Program-made: the position numbers and the translations under genes
The notes under the pieces: model-generated
What the model was told of the DNA's origin: nothing
Seen by the model: only the letters and a program-made list of their open reading frames with translations
Database searches by the model: none
Assembly: GCA_963664225.1 (NCBI GenBank)
Contig: OY760937.1
Coordinates: forward strand, 768,001-832,000
Direction: 5' to 3'
From: Verrucomicrobiia bacterium
GTDB taxonomy: Bacteria; Verrucomicrobiota; Verrucomicrobiia; Limisphaerales; UBA1319
DNA length: 64,000 nt
In this document: in pieces, positions 30,203 to 39,156 of the stretch
Position numbering within the stretch: the stretch's first letter is position 1
Layout: each line of letters starts with the position of its first letter

Positions 30203-33148
30203 TTAGTGACGAGCGCCAACACGAACACGTATGACGGAAAAAGGCGGCAATTCAAGCGAGAAATGATCGTCTGATACATCAATGCTCGAATCCACCGGCC
30301 TTATCCTGTCGGGTGCCTTGCTGGAATTGGCGGCCCACGGAGCCTCGGCGGCGAGGGTGGTCATGTCGGCCTTGTCAGCGGCCTTGAAATCCCTGAGGGC
30401 GATATCCAGATGCATGGGACGATCTGAACCCCGATGCACGATGGACAACAACAGGCTGCCATCGGGTGCCAGAGTGGCCAGGGCGTCCACCGCGCCGTAT
30501 GTGGAACCCGTGGAAGCATTCTTTAACTCCGGCAGGACCATGGGTGCGGCGATCATCGGCGCTTTGATTTCCACGCTCACCGGGGTGGTTTCCGCGAAAG
30601 CCGCAAAGGTCGATTGCGCGAAATAACAGGGATTGGCATAAACCCGCTCCTGTTCCTTGCGCAGACCACCGCCGTGATTCACGGTGGCCGAGTGGGTGAT
30701 CATGTTTACAAAAGGAGCCAGTCTCACCGCCGCATGGTATAAGAGAATATCATAAAGCGCCTCCCCATGAGTCGCCGGAGTCACCAGGTTTTCGCGCGTC
30801 AGGCGCACCGGAAGATTTTTGTCCGATGCAGACTCCAGGTGTGCGAACATTTGCAATTCCGTGACGGCGAGATGGGGTTGTTTGACGCCGCCGCGCAGCA
30901 TGTCCTGCCGGAGCGCGGCCCATTTTGTTTCGAGCACTTCGGGGACGGCCATGAAGTCCCGATACACGTCCATGGGATCGGTTGCGGAGGAGACATTGCC
31001 GCCGATCAGCGGGTGATCTGTAATGGTTGCGATCTCGTTGGCAGCGCCCGCAATCAGGGTATCGTTCCAATTCTTACCCCAGAAAACGGGTGCTCCGCAT
31101 GCATAGAGTTGGATGGAGGAATCGGCTGCGAGAAGGACGGGTGCAAATTGATGGTATCGGTCCACGTAGCCCGACGCGGTCGTCCAATGAATCTGCCAGC
31201 GGCCCCAGAGTTCATTGCCCACTTCCCAGTGTTTGACATGGTAGGGTTCGGGATGGCCATTGGCGGCGCGCAGGGCGCCCATTGGCGAGTTGGTTGGGCC
31301 ATTGCAATACTCGACCCAACGGGCTGCTTCCTCTGGCGAGCCGTCACCGGCATTGACGCAGATCATGGGTTCGCATCCGATCTCGCGGCAAAACGCGATG
31401 AATTCGTCGGTTCCAAAAGTATTGGGTTCGACACCGCCCCAGGCGTAATTGGGTCGTGTGGGGCGCTTTTCGAGAGGGCCGACGGCATCCTGCCAATGAT
31501 AGCCGCTGACGAAATTGCCACCGGGCCATCGCAAAAGAGGGAGTTTGGAATCGCGCAGAAACCGCACCCCATCCGGGTCCGCTCCATGCACATGGTCGGC
31601 GGGGCGGAGAAAAATCCGGCTGACCACCCACTGGCCTGGAGAATCTGCGGTGATGGATAAACGATGCAAGGCGTCGGCCGATTCATCCATTCCCAGTTCG
31701 AGTTTTCCGTGGAACCATTGCCATTGAGCGTTCAGGCCTTTAATGGAAGCGGAGGCTCCGGGACGGTCTGAGCCTTTCTGATTCAAGGTTAAGGTCAGTG
31801 AGGCCACATTGGGAGACCGCGCAAAGATATCAAACTCGTATTGACGCGTACGGTGTAACGGCATGTAAAACCATTGTGCGATCCCTTGTCCTGAAGCTTT
31901 GCATTCGATGCGCTGGGCGCGGCCCGCGTTGGGGCCGGCATCGGGACTCACTTGGACGGCGTCGCGGGGGCCCTCCCGCACCCACCAGCAGGCGAGGCCA
32001 TCGTCGCGTCCCTCGCCCAGGCGATCGAGATCGGCATCAGGCCAACCCATGCGTTGGGCCTGCTGCCGCAATTCGCGCTTGATTTGGCCGCCATCAAACA
32101 GAAAAGTGCCGACCCCATCGGGGGACGGCTGTCCCGACCAGAAGGGAAAGTCGGCCAGGGTTGGATTACGGAGAATCTGGGCATCCATGCCGTTGTAGAT
32201 GTTATTGCCCAGATGCTCGCAAAACTTGCCGGTGATGAATTTGGGAATGGTGTTGGTTGAGCGTTGCTGAGTGTTGACCACCAGCGAGGCATTGGTTTGG
32301 GAATCGGAGGGGCTGACCTTGCGCAGGCTGGTGTTTTGATCCGTTGGATTGTCGGCCTCAGAACCTTCGTATCCCCCGGCTACGTCGTAAACCCTGACGT
32401 AATCCACATAACAATAATCCGGCAATGCCGCCTTCTTGATATCGCCGCCCCAGGGGCCGATTTCCTCGGTGAGTTTGAGATATTCGGGCACCTGGGAAAC
32501 GCCGCCGGCTGCGGACCGCCACACTTCTTTTCCATCGACGTAAAAAACATATTCCGTCGGGGTCCAATTCAGGGAATAGGTGTGAAAGCCTTCGAGCAAT
32601 TCCGGCATTTTCGTTTTTGAACCCGCGCTCTTATGTTCCTTGCCGTAACCATCCCAATGGAGGTTGTAAGTGATCGTGCCGTCGCGCCAGGGCACCTCGA
32701 CGATGTCGATTTCCGTGCCATCCCGACCTTCATTTCCGACGGTGTTAACCCCTCCGCACATGAGCCAGAATGCGGGCCAATGCCCGGGTTGTTTGGGCAA
32801 TTTTATTCGAGCCACCCAGTATCCAAAGCGATGTTCGAATTTGCCGAGGGTTCTGATCGCCCCGCTGGAATAGCGATCGCCATTTTTGCTGGTGCGCAGG
32901 ACACAGAGGCCATGGCCGTCAAGGTAACTGTCCGCCTTGAGCCACCAGGCATCCCGGCGTGGTGAGTCTCCGATGGCCTCCCATTTATTCGTGTCGAGGG
33001 TGGTTCCCTCGAATTCGTCGCTCCAGGCCAGTTTCCATTCCTTGCCCTGGGAGAGCGGGGGCAAATAATCGGTGGATGAATCGATTGCCTGGGCTGCCGG
33101 TGCGGTCAGCAAGGCTCCAAGGAGCAAGGTAAATAATATCGGGCGCAT
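30203..33148 (-). CDS. GH16 + GH51 alpha-L-arabinofuranosidase fusion
   Basis: GH16 WPAFW/EIDIVE; GH51 RWPGGNF, FGTDEF, WEVGNE. Confidence 0.85.
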   Translation of the reverse strand: MRPILFTLLLGALLTAPAAQAIDSSTDYLPPLSQGKEWKLAWSDEFEGTTLDTNKWEAIGDSPRRDAWWLKADSYLDGHGLCVLRTSKNGDRYSSGAIRTLGKFEHRFGYWVARIKLPKQPGHWPAFWLMCGGVNTVGNEGRDGTEIDIVEVPWRDGTITYNLHWDGYGKEHKSAGSKTKMPELLEGFHTYSLNWTPTEYVFYVDGKEVWRSAAGGVSQVPEYLKLTEEIGPWGGDIKKAALPDYCYVDYVRVYDVAGGYEGSEADNPTDQNTSLRKVSPSDSQTNASLVVNTQQRSTNTIPKFITGKFCEHLGNNIYNGMDAQILRNPTLADFPFWSGQPSPDGVGTFLFDGGQIKRELRQQAQRMGWPDADLDRLGEGRDDGLACWWVREGPRDAVQVSPDAGPNAGRAQRIECKASGQGIAQWFYMPLHRTRQYEFDIFARSPNVASLTLTLNQKGSDRPGASASIKGLNAQWQWFHGKLELGMDESADALHRLSITADSPGQWVVSRIFLRPADHVHGADPDGVRFLRDSKLPLLRWPGGNFVSGYHWQDAVGPLEKRPTRPNYAWGGVEPNTFGTDEFIAFCREIGCEPMICVNAGDGSPEEAARWVEYCNGPTNSPMGALRAANGHPEPYHVKHWEVGNELWGRWQIHWTTASGYVDRYHQFAPVLLAADSSIQLYACGAPVFWGKNWNDTLIAGAANEIATITDHPLIGGNVSSATDPMDVYRDFMAVPEVLETKWAALRQDMLRGGVKQPHLAVTELQMFAHLESASDKNLPVRLTRENLVTPATHGEALYDILLYHAAVRLAPFVNMITHSATVNHGGGLRKEQERVYANPCYFAQSTFAAFAETTPVSVEIKAPMIAAPMVLPELKNASTGSTYGAVDALATLAPDGSLLLSIVHRGSDRPMHLDIALRDFKAADKADMTTLAAEAPWAANSSKAPDRIRPVDSSIDVSDDHFSLELPPFSVIRVRVGARH

Positions 33149-33451
33149 GGTCGATTTCGTCCAGGGGACATGCCTTGGGACCCAGCATCGTTGAGTTGGG
33201 ACTTGGGGCGGCCTGGATTCAATGATTGAAGTATTACGCCGGTTAAAGAGGTGATGCAAAAATATTCGTCAGGGAGTGTAATCGAGTAGTGCATGACAAG
33301 ACGTCTGGCGAAGAGAATTCTACATGGATATTCAGGATGGACAGGATTTTTAACCACGGAAATGACGGATGGCACGGATAGGGAAATTATTTCCGAGATG
33401 GTATTAAAGGCGGTCGTTCAGAGCGCCGATGGATGGGAAAAGTTTCTGGCT

Positions 33452-33500
33452 GCCCCTCCCACCAGCTCCCTCCCCGCTCGTGCCTCGCAGGGCGGGAGAG
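33452..33500 (+). repeat. REP-like repeat = empty IS110 target
   Basis: CCAGCTCCCTCCCCGCTCGTGCCTCGCAGGGCGGGAGAG equals the joined IS110 flanks. Confidence 0.85.
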
Positions 33501-33643
33501 TGAAATGGCGCGCTCGGATTATTCGGTTGAGTGTGGCCGGTCTCCCCATGCACTTTCGTGGCGTGTAATCAGGTTTTCGAAGATTGGGGCGATGCGCAAT
33601 TTCGATTGTAGGATGATTTTGTCTGGGGCTTACTAGGGCACTC

Positions 33644-34039
33644 ATGGAAGCAATGATTAATTCGCTTTGGTTCAATGGCAATTTTCTGGGGATCGAATGG
33701 AGTGTGTGGAAGATGGTCGGGTGGGCCGGAAACCTGACGTTTTTCTCGCGCTTCATCGTGCAATGGTATGCCACGGAAAAGTCCAAACAGGTGGTTGTGC
33801 CGGTGGCCTTTTGGTGGCTGAGCCTGGGAGGCACGCTGCTGCTGTTTTCATACGCGCTTTTTTATGAGCGGGATTCCGTCTTTATATTTGCGTATGCGTT
33901 TAATTGGATTCCCTATGTGCGCAATCTGATGATTCATAATCGACACATTGCAGCGCAGCATCACTGCACCGTTTGCGGAACGAAATCGTCGGGCAAGGCA
34001 AAATACTGCGCCGAATGCGGCCATCTGTTATCGGAATAA
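33644..34039 (+). CDS. Lipid A biosynthesis N-terminal (LAB_N) protein with zinc ribbon
   Basis: FFSRFIVQW...VPVAFWWLSL; CxxC...CxxC. Confidence 0.8.
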   Translation: MEAMINSLWFNGNFLGIEWSVWKMVGWAGNLTFFSRFIVQWYATEKSKQVVVPVAFWWLSLGGTLLLFSYALFYERDSVFIFAYAFNWIPYVRNLMIHNRHIAAQHHCTVCGTKSSGKAKYCAECGHLLSE

Positions 34040-34138
34040 ATTCGGGGGGAAGCTGGGGGAAAACGGAATAAGAAACCCCGAATCCGGGTTCGGATTCGGG
34101 GAGAATGAGATCCAAGGACCGCCTTTAAGAATTGCGTG

Positions 34139-34561
34139 TTATTTGGCGACGGGAGCTTTGGGCGGCATGACAACGCCGGGATTGTTGGTCCAATATTTGG
34201 CCAGGATCACGTTGAAGTCCGGGTTTGCCTTGCCGAAAGCTTTGAGTTTTTCCAGGAAGTCGTTCATCTTGGGAGCGCCGCGGAGCTCGTATTCCTCGAC
34301 CATGGAGTTCATTTCAACCGCCTGTTTGCGCAAGGTCGCGAGCTGCTTCCAGAGGTAAACGTTGACGCTGATATTCAATACCGTGACCATGGCCAATGTG
34401 ACGAATAATTGATATCCAAGAGACCGGTAGCCTTGCTCCAGATTCTTGATGGCAGAGGCTAGATCGGTCTGGTTCGTTTGGTTCTGCTGGCTTTGCTGGC
34501 CCGGCTGGTTCGATTGGTTCTGCGCGGCGTTTTGAGCTGGGGCTGGAGATTCGAAATTCAT
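34139..34561 (-). CDS. Hypothetical single-TM protein
   Basis: Q/N-rich N-terminus, one TM, helical tail. Confidence 0.65.
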   Translation of the reverse strand: MNFESPAPAQNAAQNQSNQPGQQSQQNQTNQTDLASAIKNLEQGYRSLGYQLFVTLAMVTVLNISVNVYLWKQLATLRKQAVEMNSMVEEYELRGAPKMNDFLEKLKAFGKANPDFNVILAKYWTNNPGVVMPPKAPVAK

Positions 34562-34562
34562 A

Positions 34563-34844
34563 TTAGCGCTTTCCTGTGGGTTGGGCGGGTGCGGCTGTGT
34601 GTGTGGGCTTGAGTCCAATGCTTTGAAGCACGGGTTCGACAGCGGGGTTTCGCTTTGAATACTCCAAGGTATCGTTGACCAGAGAATTAAAGACATTCAA
34701 TTCGCGGTTCATGGCAGCCCGCTGGACCTGCAATGTTTGCAGGGTGCGTATGGACTGCACGTAATTATAAGTCATTAGCGCGGTGAATGCCGCGTTAACA
34801 AAGAGAACCGCCAATAGCAGGCTGGTTATCGGATTGCTTTTCAT
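34563..34844 (-). CDS. Hypothetical single-TM protein
   Basis: N-terminal TM; 1-bp spacing to next gene. Confidence 0.65.
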   Translation of the reverse strand: MKSNPITSLLLAVLFVNAAFTALMTYNYVQSIRTLQTLQVQRAAMNRELNVFNSLVNDTLEYSKRNPAVEPVLQSIGLKPTHTAAPAQPTGKR

Positions 34845-34900
34845 CAGGAAGCGAACCCTAACGGCTGGAGGAAATTTGTCGAGTTGGATGTTTCCGGGAC

Positions 34901-35644
34901 CTAATTCCGGGTTTTTAAGGCTCTCGCGGCGTTGGGACTTTCCGAGAGGATGATGGCGGGTGGGTGGAAGAGGAATCGGGCATAGCCGTATGCAATGAAT
35001 TCGCTCAGGACGTCACGGACGCCCGCGCTGCGGAGGTACCAATTGTCCCCATTATAATCCTCTGAATCTTTCGAGAGAATGCCCACTTTTATTTGCGGGC
35101 CGAGGGCCTTTTCAAACAGCAACCGGGTTCTGCGCGCGTGCGCTCCGCCGGATATTATGTTGATGGAGGCAGTTTGCGGCCGGTTTTTTTGAAGCCATTG
35201 TTTTAATGCGAGTCCGCTTTGGTAGGTGCGGTCCGTCATCACCTGATAACCTGGGGCGGCAAAAACGACGTTCTCAGGAAGGCCCATTTTCTTAAGACTC
35301 CGCGCGGCAATCTCGGCAAAGGTCTTGTATTCCAACAAGTAAGAGCCGTGGTCCACCGGCACGCCGACGGTAACGACGCATTGGTATCTGTTTTGATGGA
35401 ATTCCTGGATGCTTTGTTTCAAGACATCGTCGGACGCCCAGCCTTCGACGACGAGAACGTCGCTTGGGACGGGGGCGCGCAGGGCCAGAAAACCGTGGAG
35501 GTGCGAAAAGCAAAACCAACCGAAAAGCAGGAGCGTCGAAAAGATGAGTGCGCAGCCAGGTCCGGTGGGGACCCAAAGGGTGCGCTGGTGAAATAGCTTA
35601 AGTTTCATGGCAAACTGCAACGCGGCGCATACGACTTGCCGCAA
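34901..35644 (-). CDS. YdcF/DUF218 (ElyC-like) protein
   Basis: TM then LVVEGW, HARRTRLLF, SEFIA. Confidence 0.7.
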   Translation of the reverse strand: MRQVVCAALQFAMKLKLFHQRTLWVPTGPGCALIFSTLLLFGWFCFSHLHGFLALRAPVPSDVLVVEGWASDDVLKQSIQEFHQNRYQCVVTVGVPVDHGSYLLEYKTFAEIAARSLKKMGLPENVVFAAPGYQVMTDRTYQSGLALKQWLQKNRPQTASINIISGGAHARRTRLLFEKALGPQIKVGILSKDSEDYNGDNWYLRSAGVRDVLSEFIAYGYARFLFHPPAIILSESPNAARALKTRN

Positions 35645-35711
35645 TTAAGATTGCGCCGGTGACTGGGTTGAATGTCCGGAAAACCATTTGGTCATGCCAG
35701 CTTTATTTAAA

Positions 35712-35873
35712 CCCGAAGTCGGAAATAGGAACGGCCCATCTGACGCAATCATTCGGCCATCCATGGTTTGAAACCGGCTGTGGAGTATTGATTTGATACA
35801 CCCTCGCCGATTGCAAATCATGGCTGCCTCAAAGCATTGCATCATCCAAGCCCTTCTTATTTCGGATTTCGGG
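35712..35873. mobile_element. 162-bp palindromic MITE with IS1380-like TIRs, copy 1
   Basis: TIRs CCCGAAGTCGGAAATAG / TTATTTCGGATTTCGGG; 5-bp TSD TTAAA (35707-35711; 35874+37850-37853, split by intron). Confidence 0.88.
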
Positions 35874-35874
35874 T

Positions 35875-37849
35875 GTGCGCCAGTGAAATTGGTAGCCTCG
35901 TGGGTGAAAGTCCCGCCGGTCGAATTAGACGGTTCACGACCGAAATGCAGCGTCCGGGACGAGGCCGTGAGGCCGAACCACAAGCGGGACGCTGAAAGAA
36001 CTGTCGGGTCGTAACGAAAGTAAACCTCATCAAATGAGCTCCGAAACCGAAATAACCGGTAAGCCGAGCCGCTACCCGAACGGCGAAGGCAGAAACGCGG
36101 CGTCATCAAATCGTCAAATGGGCGCTGTTGATTCCGGCGGAGTCAGCGAGGGCGACACGACAGGAAGGGAAACCAAGGTAAGCTGGGAGATCTCTGGAGG
36201 CGGGGCGATAAAGCCTCAACCGCCGGTGCAAGGAGGAACACCCTCCGAGGCCGCACGGGCAGCCAGAGAAGTCGGAGTCTTCCATAGTAGCGAAGAAGCT
36301 GGGGCGACCAAAACCCCGGCGGAGCCAAGGGAAGGCACTTGGATCGAAGCGAATCAAAACAGCGAGGGACAGGGAGATGGCCTTGAGGGAGTGGAAACAC
36401 TTTTTCAACGGATAACAACCCCGATAAAAGTTCAAAAGCTGCAGCGAGCGCTATATTGCAAAGCCAAGGCTGAGCCGAAGTATCGGTTTTACAGCCTCTA
36501 CGGAGAACTGCTGCGGAAGGACGTGCTGGAAACGGCAATGGCCTCCGTGGCGCACAACAATGGCGCGGCTGGGATCGACGGGCAGACATGCGACGTCTAT
36601 CTTGCCAGCGACGAAGCCTGGGACCAATGGCGGAACCAACTGCTGGAGGAGTTACGCACGAAGAAGTATCGGCCAAGCCCGGTGAAGCGTGTGTATATAC
36701 CAAAAGGAGACGGGAAGCTGCGACCCCTGGGCATCCCGACAGTGAAAGACCGGGTGGTGCAGACAGCGGTGGTGATTGTATTGCTGCCGATTCTGGAAGC
36801 CGATAGTCATCCGAACAGTTACGCCTATCATCCCAAACGCAATGCCCACCAAGCAATGGAGGCGATCAAGAAGGCTACGCTGACAGGACGCGTCGAAGTT
36901 ATAGACGCGGACTTAAGCGGGTATTTTGACAGCATTCCCCACAGGCGTTTGTTGCGCATAGTGGCCAAGCGGGTCAGCGATGGAACAATTCTCAAGCTGA
37001 TCGCAGGATGGCTGCGCGCGCCCGTGAATGAACCGCAAAGCGACACAGGGAAAGGCGGGACAAAGGGGGGGCAAGGTCAGAATCGACGGGGGACTCCGCA
37101 AGGCGGGGTTGTATCGCCGATTTTAGCCAATGCATACCTCAACCAGTTGGATTGGGAAGTCAACGAACGCTGCGAACTCAAACCCGTGATGGTGAGATAC
37201 GCGGATGATTTCGTGATACTCGGACAGCCGGGGCAGGGACGGGAACTGATGGAACGACTGGAACGATGGCTGAAGCAACGCGAGTTAGTGCTCAACGAGA
37301 AGAAGACCCGCTTGGTGGACCTCCGCCAGGATGGCATCAAATTCTTGGGATTCGCGCTAACAATGCGACAGGGGAAGGGGAAATGGAAATATCCGCATGT
37401 GGAACCCCATCCCAAGAGCCAGAAGAAGTTTCGAGACGGGATTCGGGAGAAACTCAACCGAAGCACGCTATGGCGTGATATCGGAGAGGTGATTCCCGAG
37501 CTCAACAAGAAACTCAAAGGTTGGAAGGGTTACTTTCACTACGGGAACAGCACCAAGGTGATGGGCCAGATGAACGAATACGTCAGCAGCAAGTTACAAC
37601 GATGGTTGTGGCGCAAACACGGATGTAGTCGGGCGCAATGGTCCACATACCCCAAGGAGGATCTCTATGAGCGTTATGGTTTATACCAAATGCCGGAATA
37701 TGCGGCATGGAAACGATGACGTCGAAGCGATGCAACGTATGATCCCCGGAGAGCCGGATGCGGGAAAACCGCCTGTCCGGTTCGATGAGGGGCGAAATGC
37801 GACGGTCATTGGCCACGGCCATTCAATCCGTCCATTTCGCCTACTCTAC
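35875..37849 (+). mobile_element. Group II intron, copy 1
   Basis: 5' GTGCG, domain V GAGCCGGATGCGGGAAAACCGCCTGTCCGGTTC (37751-37783), 3' CTACTCTAC; ends confirmed by the second copy. Confidence 0.95.
36391..37719 (+). CDS. ltrA: Group II intron reverse transcriptase/maturase, no En domain (frame open from 36034; start uncertain)
   Basis: RPLGIPTVKDRVVQ, GTPQGG, RYADD, domain X GWKGYF. Confidence 0.93.
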   Translation: METLFQRITTPIKVQKLQRALYCKAKAEPKYRFYSLYGELLRKDVLETAMASVAHNNGAAGIDGQTCDVYLASDEAWDQWRNQLLEELRTKKYRPSPVKRVYIPKGDGKLRPLGIPTVKDRVVQTAVVIVLLPILEADSHPNSYAYHPKRNAHQAMEAIKKATLTGRVEVIDADLSGYFDSIPHRRLLRIVAKRVSDGTILKLIAGWLRAPVNEPQSDTGKGGTKGGQGQNRRGTPQGGVVSPILANAYLNQLDWEVNERCELKPVMVRYADDFVILGQPGQGRELMERLERWLKQRELVLNEKKTRLVDLRQDGIKFLGFALTMRQGKGKWKYPHVEPHPKSQKKFRDGIREKLNRSTLWRDIGEVIPELNKKLKGWKGYFHYGNSTKVMGQMNEYVSSKLQRWLWRKHGCSRAQWSTYPKEDLYERYGLYQMPEYAAWKR

Positions 37850-37887
37850 TAAAAACGTTTTGCGGTGCATGGCTGTTCATTCGTAGG

Positions 37888-39111
37888 ATGCCCGGAATGT
37901 CGGGTCGCAATAACACAGAATTGACCTATTTGTATGAGCGGTGGCGGGCGGTAACGGCCGGAATCATTGAGACGGCCGGGGCTACTTTTCTATTGTTGAT
38001 CGCGGTGAAGTGGTTCAAGGCGGAAGCGTTTTCGAAGGGATTGGTGGCTGGGGGCGGCAGCATCGGTTTGCTGTTGACGCCGTGGCTTGTGGTTTTTGTG
38101 GCGCGATCGGGTTTGCCGGCGGCCCGGGTTGCCGGTCACCTGTCGATGCTCGGGGGGCTGGTTTTGCTGGTCATGGCGGTTGCGCCTTCATTGCCGGTGT
38201 TTGTCATGGGGAGCGTTCTTTCAATGGCGACAGCGGCGATGGCTGTGCCGCTGATGACCCAGATTTATCAGGAGAATTACCCGTCGGCGATTCGCGGGCG
38301 GTTGTTTTCGCGCACCATCATGATCCGGATTGCGGCTGCGGCACTGTTTAGCGATCTGGCCGGACGGTTCCTATCGGGAGGGCGGCTGCACTTATTCCAG
38401 TGGCTGCTGGTTTTTTTCGCCTGCGCTTTTATCTTCGCGGCGTTTTGTCTGTATCGCTGCCCGTCGCGTCCGCTGACTGTGGCGGGGGGCACACATCTTT
38501 TGCGGGCGTGGAGTTGTCTGCGGGAGGATCGGGTGTTTTTCAGGACTTTGATTTGCTGGATGCTGATGGGTTTTGCCAATTTGATGATGTTTCCGATGCG
38601 TGTGGAATACCTGGCGAATCCCAAATATGGGTTGGCTTTGAGCATCGCGATGATCGCCCTTTACACGGGTGTCATTCCCAATCTGGCCCGTCTCGTCCTG
38701 AGCCCGGTGTGGGGCTGGCTGTTCGACCACATGAATTTTTTCATGCTGCGGGTGGTTCTGAATATGGGGTTCGCACTGGGGATTTTGACGTTCTTCATGA
38801 GCACGAGCGCCACGGGGCTGGTGTTGGGGGCACTGGTGTTTGGGATTTCGAACGCGGGAGGGGATGTGGCCTGGAATCTATGGGTGACGAAGTTTGCGCC
38901 GCCGGATCGGGTGGCCGATTATATGTCGGTACACACTTTTTTTACGGGTGTTCGAGGCATGCTGGCGCCGCTGGTCGCTTTCCATTTGTTAAATGGGATG
39001 ACCATGGGGCAGTTGGGAATTCTGAGCACGGGGTTGATTGTAGCGGCTTCGATGATGCTGCTGCCGGAAATCCGGTTAAGCATTGCTCAAAAGCTTCATG
39101 CGAGGGGTTGA
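37888..39111 (+). CDS. MFS transporter
   Basis: About 12 hydrophobic segments, 407 aa. Confidence 0.8.
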   Translation: MPGMSGRNNTELTYLYERWRAVTAGIIETAGATFLLLIAVKWFKAEAFSKGLVAGGGSIGLLLTPWLVVFVARSGLPAARVAGHLSMLGGLVLLVMAVAPSLPVFVMGSVLSMATAAMAVPLMTQIYQENYPSAIRGRLFSRTIMIRIAAAALFSDLAGRFLSGGRLHLFQWLLVFFACAFIFAAFCLYRCPSRPLTVAGGTHLLRAWSCLREDRVFFRTLICWMLMGFANLMMFPMRVEYLANPKYGLALSIAMIALYTGVIPNLARLVLSPVWGWLFDHMNFFMLRVVLNMGFALGILTFFMSTSATGLVLGALVFGISNAGGDVAWNLWVTKFAPPDRVADYMSVHTFFTGVRGMLAPLVAFHLLNGMTMGQLGILSTGLIVAASMMLLPEIRLSIAQKLHARG

Positions 39112-39156
39112 TTGCGGGGAGCTTCTGCGTTGTCGTGCTGCCGGCTCTTGAAGCGA

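Noticed and set aside
34076..34101. Hairpin CCCCGAATCCG-GGTT-CGGATTCGGGG resembling the MITE TIR
   Set aside because: Short hairpin between convergent genes with no TSD or MITE body; more likely a terminator.
35712..35875. Class IIC intron at an attC site or terminator
   Set aside because: Domain V has an AGC triad, an EBS2 candidate exists, the hairpin element has TIRs and TSDs, and copy 2 follows an IS end with no local hairpin.
36034..37719. RT as DGR, retron or CRISPR-associated RT
   Set aside because: Group II intron ends, domains V/VI and maturase domain are present; no TR/VR pair, msr-msd or cas genes.
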